Shown: positions 48,351-61,654 of the stretch, in pieces
Layout: every line of letters begins with the position of its first letter
Numbering within the stretch: position 1 is the first letter of the stretch
Source of the DNA: Mobula hypostoma
Taxonomy: Eukaryota
NCBI RefSeq assembly: GCF_963921235.1
Contig: NC_086097.1
Coordinates: 1,612,001 to 1,676,000, forward strand
Direction of reading: 5' to 3'
DNA length: 64,000 nucleotides
The notes under the pieces: model-generated
Seen by the model: the letters and a program-made list of their open reading frames with translations, nothing else
Told to the model about the DNA's origin: nothing
Databases searched by the model: none
Made by a program: the position numbers and the translations under genes

Positions 48351-49051
48351 ACTGTCCACAAGGTGCAGGACAAATGCAATCCGGCCACTTCCCACCCGCT
48401 CCATCACGATGGTGACGCTCCATCGCCATGGTGACGCTGCACAGCAGGCTGACAGGGTATCAGTCTGCTCTCCACCATCAACACGGTGATAGATCGGGTA
48501 ACCTATGGCACGGCCAGAGAGCTCATTTATCACAAACTGCTCACAGAAGCTCAGCCTGGGCTTAAGTCACATAGCTCCTCACCTCATCACTGCCTTGACA
48601 ATAGGGCTGAATTTCAGAGTGGAAGTGTGAATCACCGTCCCTCAACATCATGGCAGTGTTTCATCATGTGGCCTCGGGAAGTGCTGCTTGAAGTGGAGCA
48701 AGCCCTTCATGGACTAGAATTACACCCATTACAGGGGCTCTGGTGGTCTTAGCCACTGGACATCTCTGCAGAGTGCCCCTGACCAGTGTCTTCAGCCCAG
48801 CCACCTTCCTCTGTGACCTTCCTTCAGCTGTAAGGCCGGAGGTCGGGATAGTCTCTGGTGACTGCACAAAGTACAGCATCTTTCACCACTCCACAGATAA
48901 TGAAGCAGTGCACATCCAAACACAGCAGGGCCTGGATAATATCCCGGCTGGCTGATGGGTGACAAGTAACATTCACACCTCACCAGTGCCAGGCAATGAC
49001 AATATCAAACAAGAGAAAGTCCTGCTCTCACCCCCGACTTTCAATAGCATT

Positions 49052-49368
49052 AAAAAATAGGCATCCATTAGTCTCGTGAGACCATGGATCTGCGCCTGGA
49101 AAGTCTTCACTCTCCAGGGTGCAGGCCTGGGCAAGGTTGTACGGAAGACCAGCAGTTGCCCATGCTGCAAGTCTCCCCTCTCCATGACACCAATGTTGTC
49201 CAAGGGAAGGGCATTAAGACCCATACAGCTTGGCACCAGTGTTGTCGCAGAGCAATGTGTGATTAAGTGCCTTGCTCAAGGACACAACACGCTGCCTCAG
49301 CTGGGGCTCGAACTCACGACCTTCAGGTCACTAGTCCAATGCCTTAACCACTTGGCTACGTGCCCACA
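49052..49368 (-). mobile_element. tRNA-derived SINE inserted in an old LINE (~48820-50090)
   Basis: Head GTGGGCACGTAGCCAAGTGGTTAAGG (A box) ... GAGTTCGAGCC (B box); central GTGTCCTTGAGCAAGGCACTTAA domain; GCATTA flanks both sides. Confidence 0.82.
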
Positions 49369-51279
49369 CCACAGGCATTACCATCACTGAATCCCCTAAC
49401 ATCAATAGCCTAGGAGTCACTGCTGATCTAGAGGGCCCAGAGGACATTGAACACTAAGCCAGGTACAAATCCTTCCACCCACTCCAAGAACTTTCTGACC
49501 CTTCCCCTACATAGCCACCCAGTTTTCTACCATCCTTGTGCCTATGTGTACCTAATGTACACAGTGTGTCTATAGGGGCAGGTCAGGGGCTGGGAATTCT
49601 GTAGTGAATAACTCCCCAAAGCCTGTCACGCTTGTCTGGACCAACACAGCTTCAACAACAGTCAGGAAGCTCGATAACATCCAGGACACTGCAGCCTGTT
49701 CAGTAAACACCCCACCCACAACCACTCAGCCTCTCCACCACTGATAGGGTAGTACCATATACAAGGCACACTGCAGCAATGCACTGAGACTGCTTAAATA
49801 GCATCTTCTGTACCCACCACCTCTACCAGCTACACGGCCAATGACACAGGGAACAAATACCATGCCCTGGAAAGTTGCCTCCCACCCACACACCATCAGC
49901 TGCTTATTCACCCATAGATGCTGTCTGACCTGTTCTGTTCCTCCAGTGTTGGTGTGTGCTTTAAATATATCACTTTCCCTTCGCCATCGCTGGGTCCAAT
50001 CCTGGAGCTCTATCCCACACCACAAGTTCAAGGAGGCTACTCGAGGGCAGCTGAGGCTGGGCTCCATCTGTGTAGCCCACGTCCCTTGAATATTAAGAAC
50101 GTCTATACCCCGCTTCCCTACCCCGACTCTGCACTAACCCTGTTTGCCCTATGTCCCCTCGACTTCCTTTTCACTGTCTGTCTCCGGTTCTACCAAACAC
50201 AGTAATCATATCTGACTTCACCATTTCCTCTGGTAGCGAGTTCCAGGTATCACCCACTCTAAAAACTTCCACTTCTCACTTAAACTTCTGTCTGTCACTT
50301 AAACTTTTAAACTTTCAATCTACCTTACAGTTTGTCTACTTGCATTTCACTTTCTCTGTAACTGTAACGATATTCTGCATGGTTATTGTCCCCTCTACAC
50401 TTTGATGTCCCTATGTATACAATGGTCTGTCTGGATGGCCCACGAAGAAAACTTTTCATTATATCTCGGTACATGTGACAATAATCAATAGCCCTCTTCA
50501 AGTTCAAGCTTATTGTGATCTGACTGTACATACCTACAACCAAAAGAAAGAACGTTCCCATTTTTAAGTTGGCATGACTGATGTCAGCAGCAACATTGGG
50601 GTGAATGGCTTGAGGTTGCAGATTGTGCCATCGAGCTCCTAAAGCACGTCCCCGGCACCAGCACAGGGGAGGGGGATGATCACCATGGCAATGAACTCCC
50701 CCAGCAAGGAAACCAGCTCGCACTTCACCATTAAAAACTCGAGGCGTTGCCTATTGCTGTAGACACACAGACCTCCTTCACAGGTCTTGCCGGAGGTTGT
50801 AGCGTTTCCGTCCAGCTGAAAGGAGATTATGCCTTCGAGCTAGCTGGCTCGCCAAGCCACATTTCCATCAGATCAAGCAGGGAGTAGACCTTCATCTCCC
50901 ACTGGTTCAGATGCAGGTAATCCATTTTAGTCTGTGGCGACTGGACATTAGCGAATAGAACTGATGGGACTGTGAGCTTGCGGGAATCGAGACAAACAGG
51001 TCAAGAAATGTCACCGTTGTTCGAGACAGCGACGGCTGCATCCACGTGCATCTCCATCGGCTAAGTCACACAAGGCGCTGGAGGAACTCAGCAGGACGGG
51101 CAGCATCTCTGGAAAACGAGACCCTGCCGATACGGCGACTGTATTTTCTCCACAGATGCTGCCTGACCTGCTGAGTTCCTGCAGCATTTTGTGTGTGTTG
51201 CTCAGATTTCCAGCACCTGCAGATTTTCTCTTGTTTGTGGACATTTTCTAAATGTAGTTTTGTTTTGGATACCGCTGGA

Positions 51280-51715
51280 AGAGAGGGTGCGTGGTGTTGG
51301 GGAGAGGGGAGCGGAGAGGAGGGGGGAGGGTGAAAGGGGAGTGAAAAGGAGGGTTAAGAGAGGGGAGGAGGGGGAAGGGAGTGGAGACAGGATGGGGCAG
51401 GGAGGGGGAGTGGACAGGTGGAGGGGAAGGGTGGGGGAGTGAGTGGGGAAGGGGAACTGGAGAGGAAAGGGGAGGGTGAGGGTGAAGGGAAAGGGTTTGA
51501 GGACAGGAAGAGGAGGGGGGATGGGGATGGGGAATGGGGAATGGGAGGGAGGCGGGGAGTGGAAGGGGAGGGGAGGGGGAGGGGGAGGGGGAGGGGGATG
51601 GGGAAGGGGAAGGGGAGGGGAGGGGAGGGGAGGGGGAGGGGGAGGGGGAGGGGGATGGGGAAGGGGAAAGGGGAGGGGCAGGGGCAGGAGGAGGGGGAGG
51701 GGAAAGCAAGGAGGA
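51280..51715 (+). repeat. G-rich polypurine tract, (GAGGGG)n-like
   Basis: Almost entirely G/A with many G3-G5 runs. Confidence 0.92.
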
Positions 51716-52049
51716 CGAAGTCTGATCTTTCCAACTGGACAAAGTAGCAGCTGACGGTGAGGTTTTATCCCTGTTCCTCTCCCACCCAATCACGTCACGT
51801 TCCCTTCCCCAATTCCCACTGTTACTGCACACGGACTCTGGAAACTTTTGTCCTACCATCCGGAATTCCCAATCCTGGCTCCTGGCTCCCCAGGTCACAT
51901 TGCCCCCTGATGTGTCGTGTTCTGCTGCCTGCAGCACTTCCGGGAGCGCTGACATTCCCAGCCCGCCCCACTCCCACTCCCGTTCACAGCCTCACCGGAC
52001 AACCTCGTTGCTCAAAGCCCGTGCGTTACTTCAGCAGAGGCAGAACTCC

Positions 52050-55000
52050 TCACCCACACCCACTCACCCCCCCCAGCACCCACTCACACCCCCACCCACT
52101 CACCCCCCCAGCACCCACTCACACCCCCACCCCCACCCACTCACACCCCCCCAGCACCCACTCACACCCCCACCCACTCATCCCCCCAGCACCCACTCAC
52201 ACCCCAGGACCCACTCACACCCCCACATACTCACACCCCCACCCCCACCCACTCACACCCCCCAGCACCCACTCACACCCCCACCCCCACCCACTCACAC
52301 CCTCCCAGCACCCACTCACACCCCCACATACTCACACCCCCACCCACTCACCCCCCCAGCACCCACTCACACCCCCACCCACTCACATCCCAGCAGCCAC
52401 TCACATCCCCACACACTCACACCCCCAGCACCCACTCACACCCCCACACACCCCCACCCCCACCCACTCACACCCCCCCAGCACCCACTCACACCCCCAC
52501 CCACTCACCCCCCCAGCACCCACTCACACCCCAGGACCCACTCACACCCCCACATACTCACAGCCCCACCCCCACCCACTCACACCCCCCAGCACCCACT
52601 CACACCCCCACCCCCACCCACTCACACCCTCCCAGCACCCACTCACACCCCCACATACTCACACCCCCACCCACTCACCCCCCCAGCACCCACTCACACC
52701 CCCACCCACTCACACCCCAGCAGCCACTCACATCCCCACACACTCACACCCCCAGCACCCACTCACACCCCCACCCCCACCCACTCACACCCCCCCAGCA
52801 CCCACTCACCCCCCCAGCACCCCCTCACACCCCCATACCCACCCACTCACACCCCCCCAGCACCCACTCACCCCCCAGCACCCACTCACACCCCAGCACC
52901 CACTCACACCCCCACCCACTCACACCCCCCAGCACCCACTCACACCCCAGCACCCACTCACATCCCCACACACTCACACCCCCAGCACATGCAACCACTC
53001 ACACCCCCACACACTCACACCCCCACACACTCACACACCCAGCACCCACTCACACCCTCAGCACCCGCTCACACCCCAGAACCCACTCAAACGCCCAGCA
53101 CCCACTCACACCCCAGCACCCACTCACACCCACACATACTCACACCCCCACCCACTCACCCCCTCAGCACCCACTCACACCCCAGCACCCACTCACACCT
53201 CCACACACTCACACCCCCCCAGCACCCACTCACACCCCCACACACTCACACCCCCACTCTCTCACACCCCAGCACCCACTCACACCCCCACACACTCACA
53301 CCCCCACCCACTCACACCCCCAGCACCCGCTCACACCCCAGCACCTACTCACACCCCCACATACTCACACCCCCACCCACTCACCCCCCAGCACCCACTC
53401 ACACCCCAGCACCCACTCACACCCCCACACACTCACACCCCCACACCCACTCACACCCCCACACCCACTCACATCCCCACACACACTCACACTCCCAGCA
53501 CCCACTCACAAACCCAGCACATGCAACCACTCACACCCCCAAACACTCACACCCCCACACACGCACACACCCAGCACCCACTCACACCCCCAGCACCCAC
53601 TCACACCCCAGCACCCACTCACACACCAGCACCCGCTCACACCCCAGAACCCACTCACACACCAGCACCCGCTCACACCCCAGAACACACTCACACCCCC
53701 AGCACCCGCTCACATCCCCAGCACCCGCTCACACCCTCAGCACCCACTCACACCCCAGCACCACTCTCACCCCCAGCACCCACTCACACCCCCAGCACCC
53801 GCTCACACCCCCAGCACATGCAACCACTCACACCCGCACCCCAGCACTCACTCTCCCCCCCAGCACCCACACACCCCAGCACCCATTCACACCCCCAGTA
53901 CCCACTCACACCCTCAGCACCCGCTCACATCCCCAGCACCCGCTCACACCCCCAGCACCCGCTCACATCCCCAGCACCCGCTCAGACCCCAGCACCCGCT
54001 CACACCCTCAGCATCCGCTCACACCCCCAGCACCCGCTCACACCCCCAGCACCCGCTCACATCCCCAGCACCCACTCACATCCCCAGCACCCACTCACAC
54101 CCCCAGCACATGCAACCACTCACACCCGCACCCCAGCACTCTCCCCCGCAGCACCCACACCCACTCACACCCCCGGCACCCACTCACACACCCAGCACCC
54201 GCTCACACCCTCAGCACCCACTCACACCCCAGCATCCGCTCACACACCCAGCACCCACTCTCACCCCCAGCACACCCCAGCACCCACTCACACCCCCAGC
54301 ACCCGCTCACACCCCCAGCACCCGCTCACATCCTCAGCACCCACTCACATCCTCAGCACCCACTCTCACCCCCAGCACCCAATCACACCCCCAGCACCCA
54401 CTCTCACCCCAGCACCCGCTCACACCCCTAGCACCCGCCCACCCGCTCACACCCCCAGCACCCACTCACACCCCCAGCACCCACTCACACCCCGCACCCG
54501 CTCACACTCCCAGCACCCGCTCTCACCCGCAGCACCCACTCACACGCCAGTACCCGGTCACACCCCCAGCACCCACTCACATCCCCAGCACCCATTCACA
54601 CCCCAGCACCCGCTCACACCCCAGCACCCGCTCACACCCCGCACCCGCTCTCACCCCAGCACACGCTCACACCCCCAGCACCCACTCACACCCCCACACA
54701 CTCACACACCCAGCACCCACTCACACCCCCACACACTCACACACCCAGCACCCACTCACACCCCCAGCACCCACTCACACCCCAGCACCCACTCACACCC
54801 TCAGCACCCACTCACACCCCAGCACCCGCTCACACCCCCAGCACTCGCTCACACACCAGCACCCGCTCACACCCCAGAACCCACTCACACCCCCAGCACC
54901 CACTCACACCCCCAGCACCCACTCACACACCAGCACCCGCTCACCCGCTCACACCCCAGAACCCACTCTCACCCCCAGCACCTGCTCACAACCGCACCCA

Positions 55001-58000
55001 CTCACACCCCCAGCACCCGCTCACACCCCGCACCCGCTCACACACCAGCACCCGCTCACACCCCCAGCACCCGCTCACACCCCAGGACCCACTCACACCC
55101 CCATCCCCACCCACTCAGCACCCACTCACACCCCAGCACCCACTCACACCCCCACACACTCACCCCCCAGCACCCACTCACACCCCAGCACCCACTCACA
55201 CCCCCACCCACTCACAGCCCCCAGCACCCACTCACACCCCAGCACCCACTCACATCCCCACACACTCACACCCCCACACACTCACACCCCCACACACTCA
55301 CACACCCAGCACCCACTCACACCCTCAGCACCCGCTCACACACCAGCACCCGCTCACACCCCAGAACCCACTCACACGCCCAGCACCCACTCACACCCCC
55401 AGCACCCGCTCACACCCCAGCACCCACTCACACCCACACATACTCACACCCCCACCCACTCACCCCCTCAGCACCCACTCACACCCCAGCACCCACTCAC
55501 ACCTCCACACACTCACACACCCAGCACCCACTCACACCCTCAGCACCCGCTCACACACCAGCACCCGCTCACACCCCAGAACCCACTCACACGCCCAGCA
55601 CCCACTCACACCCCCAGCACCCGCTCACACCCCAGCACCCGCTCACACCCTAGCACCCACTCACACCCACACATACTCACACCCCCACCCACTCACCCCC
55701 TCAGCACCCACTCACACCCCAGCACCCACTCACACCTCCACACACTCACACCCCCCCAGCACCCACTCACACCCCCACACACTCACACCCCCACCCTCTC
55801 ACACCCCAGCACCCACTCACACCCCTACACACTCACACCCCCACCCACTCACACCCCCAGCACCCGCTCACACCCCAGCACCTACTCACACCCCCACATA
55901 CTCACACCCCCACCCACTCACCCCCCAGCACCCACTCACACCCCAGCACCCACTCACACCCCCACACACTCACACCCCAACACCCACTCACACCCCCACA
56001 CCCACTCACATCCCCACACACTCACACTCCCAGCACCCACTCACAAACCCAGCACATGCAACCACTCACACCCCCACACACTCACACCCCCACACACGCA
56101 CACACCCAGCACCCACTCACACCCCCAGCACCCACACCCCCAACACCCACTCACACCCCAGCACCCACTCACACACCAGCACCCGCTCACACCCCAGAAC
56201 CCACTCACACACAAGCACCCGCTCACACCCCAGAACACACTCACACCCCCAGCACCCGCTCACATCCCCAGCACCCACTCACACCCTCAGCACCCACTCA
56301 CACCCCAGCACCACTCTCACCCCCAGCACCCACTCACACCCCCAGCACCCGTTCACACCCCCAGCACATGCAACCACTCACACCCGCACCCCAGCACTCA
56401 CTCTCCCCCCATTCACACCCCCAGTACCCACTCACACCCTCAGCACCCGCTCACACCCCCAGCACCTGCTCACATCCCCAGCACCCGCTCACACCCCAGC
56501 ACCCGCTCACACCCTCAGCATCTGCTCACACCCCCAGCACCCGCTCACACCCCCAGCACCCACTCACATCCCCAGCACCCACTCACACCCCCAGCACATG
56601 CAACCACTCACACCCGCACCCCAGCACTCTCCCCCCCAGCACCCACACCCACTCACACCCCCGGCACCCACTCACACCCCCAGCACCCGCTCACACCCTC
56701 AGCACCCACTCACACCCCAGCATCCGCTCACACACCCAGCACCCACTCTCACCCCCAGCACACCCCAGCACCCACTCACACCCCCAGCACCCGCTCACAC
56801 CCCCAGCACCCGCTCACATCCCCAGCACCCACTCACACCCCCAGTACCCGCTCACATCCTCAGCACCCACTCACATCCTCAGCACCCACTCACCCCCAGC
56901 ACCCACTCTCACCCCCAGCACCCAATCACACCCCCAGCACCCACTCTCACCCCAGCACCCGCTCACACCCCTAGCACCCGCTCACATCCCCAGCACCCGC
57001 TCACACCCCCAGCACCCACTCACACCCCGCACCCACTCACACCCCCAGCACCCGCTCTCACCCGCAGCACCCACTCACACGCCAGTACCCGGTCACACCT
57101 CCAGCACCCACTCACATCCCCAGCACCCATTCACACCCCAGCACCCGCTCACATCCTCAGCACCCACTCACATCCTCAGCACCCACTCACATCCTCAGCA
57201 CCCACTCACACCCCCAGCACCCACTCTCACCCCCAGCACCCAATCACACCCCCAGCACCCACTCTCACCCCAGCACCCGCTCACACCCCTAGCACCCGCT
57301 CACATCCCCAGCACCCGCTCACACCCCCAGCACCCACTCACACCCCGCACCCGCTCACACCCCCAGCACCCGCTCTCACCCGCAGCACCCACTCACACGC
57401 CAGTACCCGGTCACACCCCCAGCACCCACTCACATCCCCAGCACCCATTCACACCCCAGCACCCGCTCACACCCCAGCACCCGCTCACACCCCGCACCCG
57501 CTCTCACGCTCACACCCCCAGCACCCACTCACACCCCCACACACTCACACACCCAGCACCCACTCACACCCCCACACACTCACACACCCAGCACCCACTC
57601 ACACCCCCAGCACCCACTCACACCCCCAGCACCCACTCACACCCCAGCACCCACTCACACCCTCAGCACCCACTCACACCCCAGCACACGCTCACACCCC
57701 CAGCACTCGCTCACACACCAGCACCCGCTAACACCCCAGAACCCACTCACACCCCCAGCACCCACTCACACCCCCAGCACCCACTCACACACCAGCACCC
57801 GCTCACACCCCAGAACCCACTCTCACCCCCAGCACCTGCTCACAACCGCACCCACTCACACCCCCAGCACCCGCTCACACCCCCGCACCCGCTCACACAC
57901 CAGCACCCGCTCACACCCCCAGCACCCGCTCACACCCCCAGCACCCACTCACACCCCGCACCCGCTCTCACCCGCAGCACCCACTCACACCCCCAGCACC

Positions 58001-60720
58001 CGCTCTCACCCCCAGCACCCGCTCACACCCCAGAACCCACTCACACCCCCAGCACCCACTCACACCCCCAACACCCACTCTCACCCCCAGCACCCGCTCA
58101 CACCCCAGCACCCACTCACATCCTCAGCACCCACTCACACCCCAGCACCCGCTCACACCCCCAGCACTCGCTCACACACCAGCACCCGCTCACACCCCAG
58201 AACCCACTCACACCCCCAGCACCCACTCACACCCCCAGCACCCACTCACACACCAGCACCCGCTCACACCCCAGAACCCACTCTCACCCCCAGCACCTGC
58301 TCACAACCGCACCCACTCACACCCCCAGCACCCGCTCACACACCAGCACCCACTCACACACCAGCACCCGCTCACACCCCCAGCACCCGCTCACACCCCC
58401 AGCACCCGCTCACACCCCCAGCACCCACTCACACCCCGCACCCGCTCTCACCCGCAGCACCCACTCACACCCCCAGCACCCGCTCTCAACCCCAGCACCC
58501 GCTCACACCCCAGAACCCACTCACACCCCCAGCACCCACTCACACCCCCAGCACCCACTCTCACCCCCAGCACCCGCTCACACCCCAGAACCCACTCACA
58601 CCCCCAGCACCCATTCACACCCCCAGAACCCACTCACCCCCAGCACCCACTCTCACCCCCAGCACCTGCTCACAACCGCACCCACTCACACCCCCAGCAC
58701 CCGCTCACACACCGCACCCGCTCACACACCGCACCCGCTCACACCCCAGAACCCACTCACACCCCCAGCACCCGCTCACACCCCGCACCCGCTCACACCC
58801 CCAGCACCCGCTCACACCCCGCACCCGCTCACACCCCCAGCACCCGCTCACACACCAGCACCCGCTCACACCCCGCAGCCGCTCACACCCCCAGCACCCG
58901 CTCACACCCCGCACCCACTCACACCCCGCACCCACTCACACCCCCAGCACCCGCTCACACACCAGCACCCGCTCACACCCCAGAACCCACTCACAGCCCC
59001 AGCACCCGCTCACACCCCCAGCACCCGCTCACACCCTCAGCACCCACTCTCACCCCCAGCAAACGCTCACACCCCCAGCACCCGCTCACACACCAGCACC
59101 CGCTCACACACCAGCACCTGCTCACACCCCAGAACCCACTCTCACCCCCAGCACCCGCTCACACACCAGCACCCGCTCACACCCCCAGCACCCGCTCACA
59201 CACCAGCACCCGCTCACCCCCAGCACCCGCGCACACCCCCAGCACCCGCTCACACCAGCACCCGCTCACATCCCAGAACACACTCACACCCACAGCACCT
59301 GCTCACACACCAGCACCCACTCTCACCCCCAGCACCCGCTCACACCCCCTGCACCCGCTCACACACCAGCACCCGCTCACCCCCAGCACCCGCTCACACC
59401 CCCAGCACCCGCTCACACACCAGCACCCGCTCACACCCCAGAACACACTCACACCCCCAGCACCCGCTCACACACCAGCACCCGCTCTCACCCCAGAACA
59501 CACTCACACCCCCAGCACCCGCTCACATCCCCAGCACCCGCTCACACCCCCAGCACCCGCTCACACCCCGCACCCGCTCACACCCCCAGCACCTGCTCAC
59601 ACACCAGCACCCACTCACACCCCAGAACACACTCACATCCCCACACACTCACACCCCCAGCACATGCAACCACTCACATCCCCACACACTCACACCCCCA
59701 CACACTCACACACCCAGCACCCACTCACACCCTCAGCACCCGCTCACACACCAGCACCCGCTCACACCCCAGAACCCACTCACACGCCCAGCACCCACTC
59801 ACACACCCAGCACCCACTCACACCCCCAGCACCCGCTCACACCCCAGCACCCACTCACACCCACACATACTCACACCCCCACCCACTCACCCCCTCAGCA
59901 CCCACTCACACCCCAGCACCCACTCACACCTCCACACACTCACACCCCCCCAGCACCCACTCACACCCCCACACACTCACACCCCCACCCTCTCACACCC
60001 CAGCACCCACTCACACCCCCACACACTCACACCCCCACCCACTCACACCCCCAGCACCCGCTCACACCCCAGCACCTACTCACACCCCCACATACTCACA
60101 CCCCCACCCACTCACCCCCCAGCACCCACTCACACCCCAGCACCCACTCACACCCCCACACACTCACACCCCAACACCCACTCACACCCCCACACCCACT
60201 CACATCCCCACACACTCACATTCCCAGCACCCACTCACAAACCCAGCACATGCAACCACTCACACCCCCACACACTCACACCCCCACACACGCACACACC
60301 CAGCACCCACTCACACCCCCAGCACCCACACCCCCAACACCCACTCACACCCCAGCACCCACTCACACCAGCACCCGCTCACACCCCCAGCACCCGCTCA
60401 CACCCCCAGCACCCACTCACACCCCGCACCCACTCTCACCCCAGCACCCGCTGACAACCCCAGCACCCGCTCACATCCCCAGCACCCGCTCACACCCCAG
60501 CACCCACTCACACCCCGCACCCACTCTCACCCCAGCACCCGCTCACACCCCCAGCACCCACTCTCACCCCCAGCACCCACTCACCCCCCCAGCACCAGCT
60601 CTCACCCCCAGCACCCGCTCTCACCCCCAGCACCCAATCACACACACCCCAGCACCCACTCTCACTCACATCTCAGCACCCGCTCACACCCCAGCACCCA
60701 CCCACACTCCAACACCTACT
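52050..60720. repeat. ~8.7-kb CA-rich satellite, ~17-19-bp unit CAGCACCC(A/G)CTCACACCCC, with higher-order block duplications
   Basis: Direct inspection. The rare marker CACATGCAACCACTC recurs at ~52986, 53518, 53815, 54106, 56053, 56365, 56595, 59661 and 60248 with matching neighbourhoods. Confidence 0.97.
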
Positions 60721-61654
60721 GTCATCCCAGCACCCACATTTAATGAGCTCCCTGCTCCCCATGCGCCATCGGCCATTTCCTTCCCCATGGTTGCTGCTCC
60801 ACCTGCTGGCAATTGCTGGAGTTACAGCCTTTACTGTCGCTATTATCATTTCGCATTTAGTTATCATTATTCAGTTATTACCGTTCACCCTTTTACCAGC
60901 TCTACATCCACTCACTTCCCTTTGTAGCCTCTTCATCAGCTGTCATAACTTCCCGGAAAACATATAAAATATTGGGGTTTAACACAGAACATTACAGCAC
61001 AATATAGGTCCTCCGGCCCACGATGTGCTGACCTTTAAACCCAGTCAAAGTTCAATATAAATCCTTCCCTCCCACATCACACTTAATTTATCTGTCATCC
61101 ATGTGTCAATCAAAGAGTCACTTAAAAGTCCCCCCATTAATCTGCCTCAGTATCTACACCCACCATTCTCTGTTTAAAACACTTACCTCTGATATCCCCC
61201 CACTTAACTTTCCACCAATCACCGTAAAGTTCTGCCCCTCGTATCTTTGCTGTTTCATGAAATGGAATTTTGAGGTTTGCTGTTTTCCAGTCGATGGGAC
61301 TTTCCCTGGCTACGGGAACAACGGTGACAGGTGAAGACTGAAACAGCTCAGGAGCTGTGGGTTGTAGCCCACCCTGATGTTGGGATCCAGCTGCTCTCTT
61401 TGGAATAAGGAGCGCACATCACAGAGACACCATTTCAACCTTTACTGATAGTAATGTCAGTTCAAGAATATAATAAAGTGATAAATGCAGATGTGCCAGC
61501 TGGCAGGCTGGCCAGATGTGTTATGGCGGTTCAGGGCTCAGTAGCGGCTCACACATCTGGTATACATGGTTCACAGCCCAGCCTGTCACGTGTGAAGCTG
61601 CACACTGTTCCGTCCTCTCCCACCTCCCCATATCCAATCCCAACCTGTTCCTCC

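Noticed and set aside
49295..49368. tRNA gene
   Set aside because: The A/B boxes are followed by a SINE body and tail; it is a SINE head.
50763..50916. Plus-strand exon candidate (TAG|...CAG|GTAATC)
   Set aside because: Stops in all three frames and a weak acceptor; there is no support without RNA data.
51757..60927. Very long P/T/H-rich ORFs (1298, 843, 954 and 1623 aa) as mucin/extensin-like genes
   Set aside because: They are open in all three + frames because the satellite almost lacks TAA/TAG/TGA; unit lengths vary freely; no domain or signal peptide.
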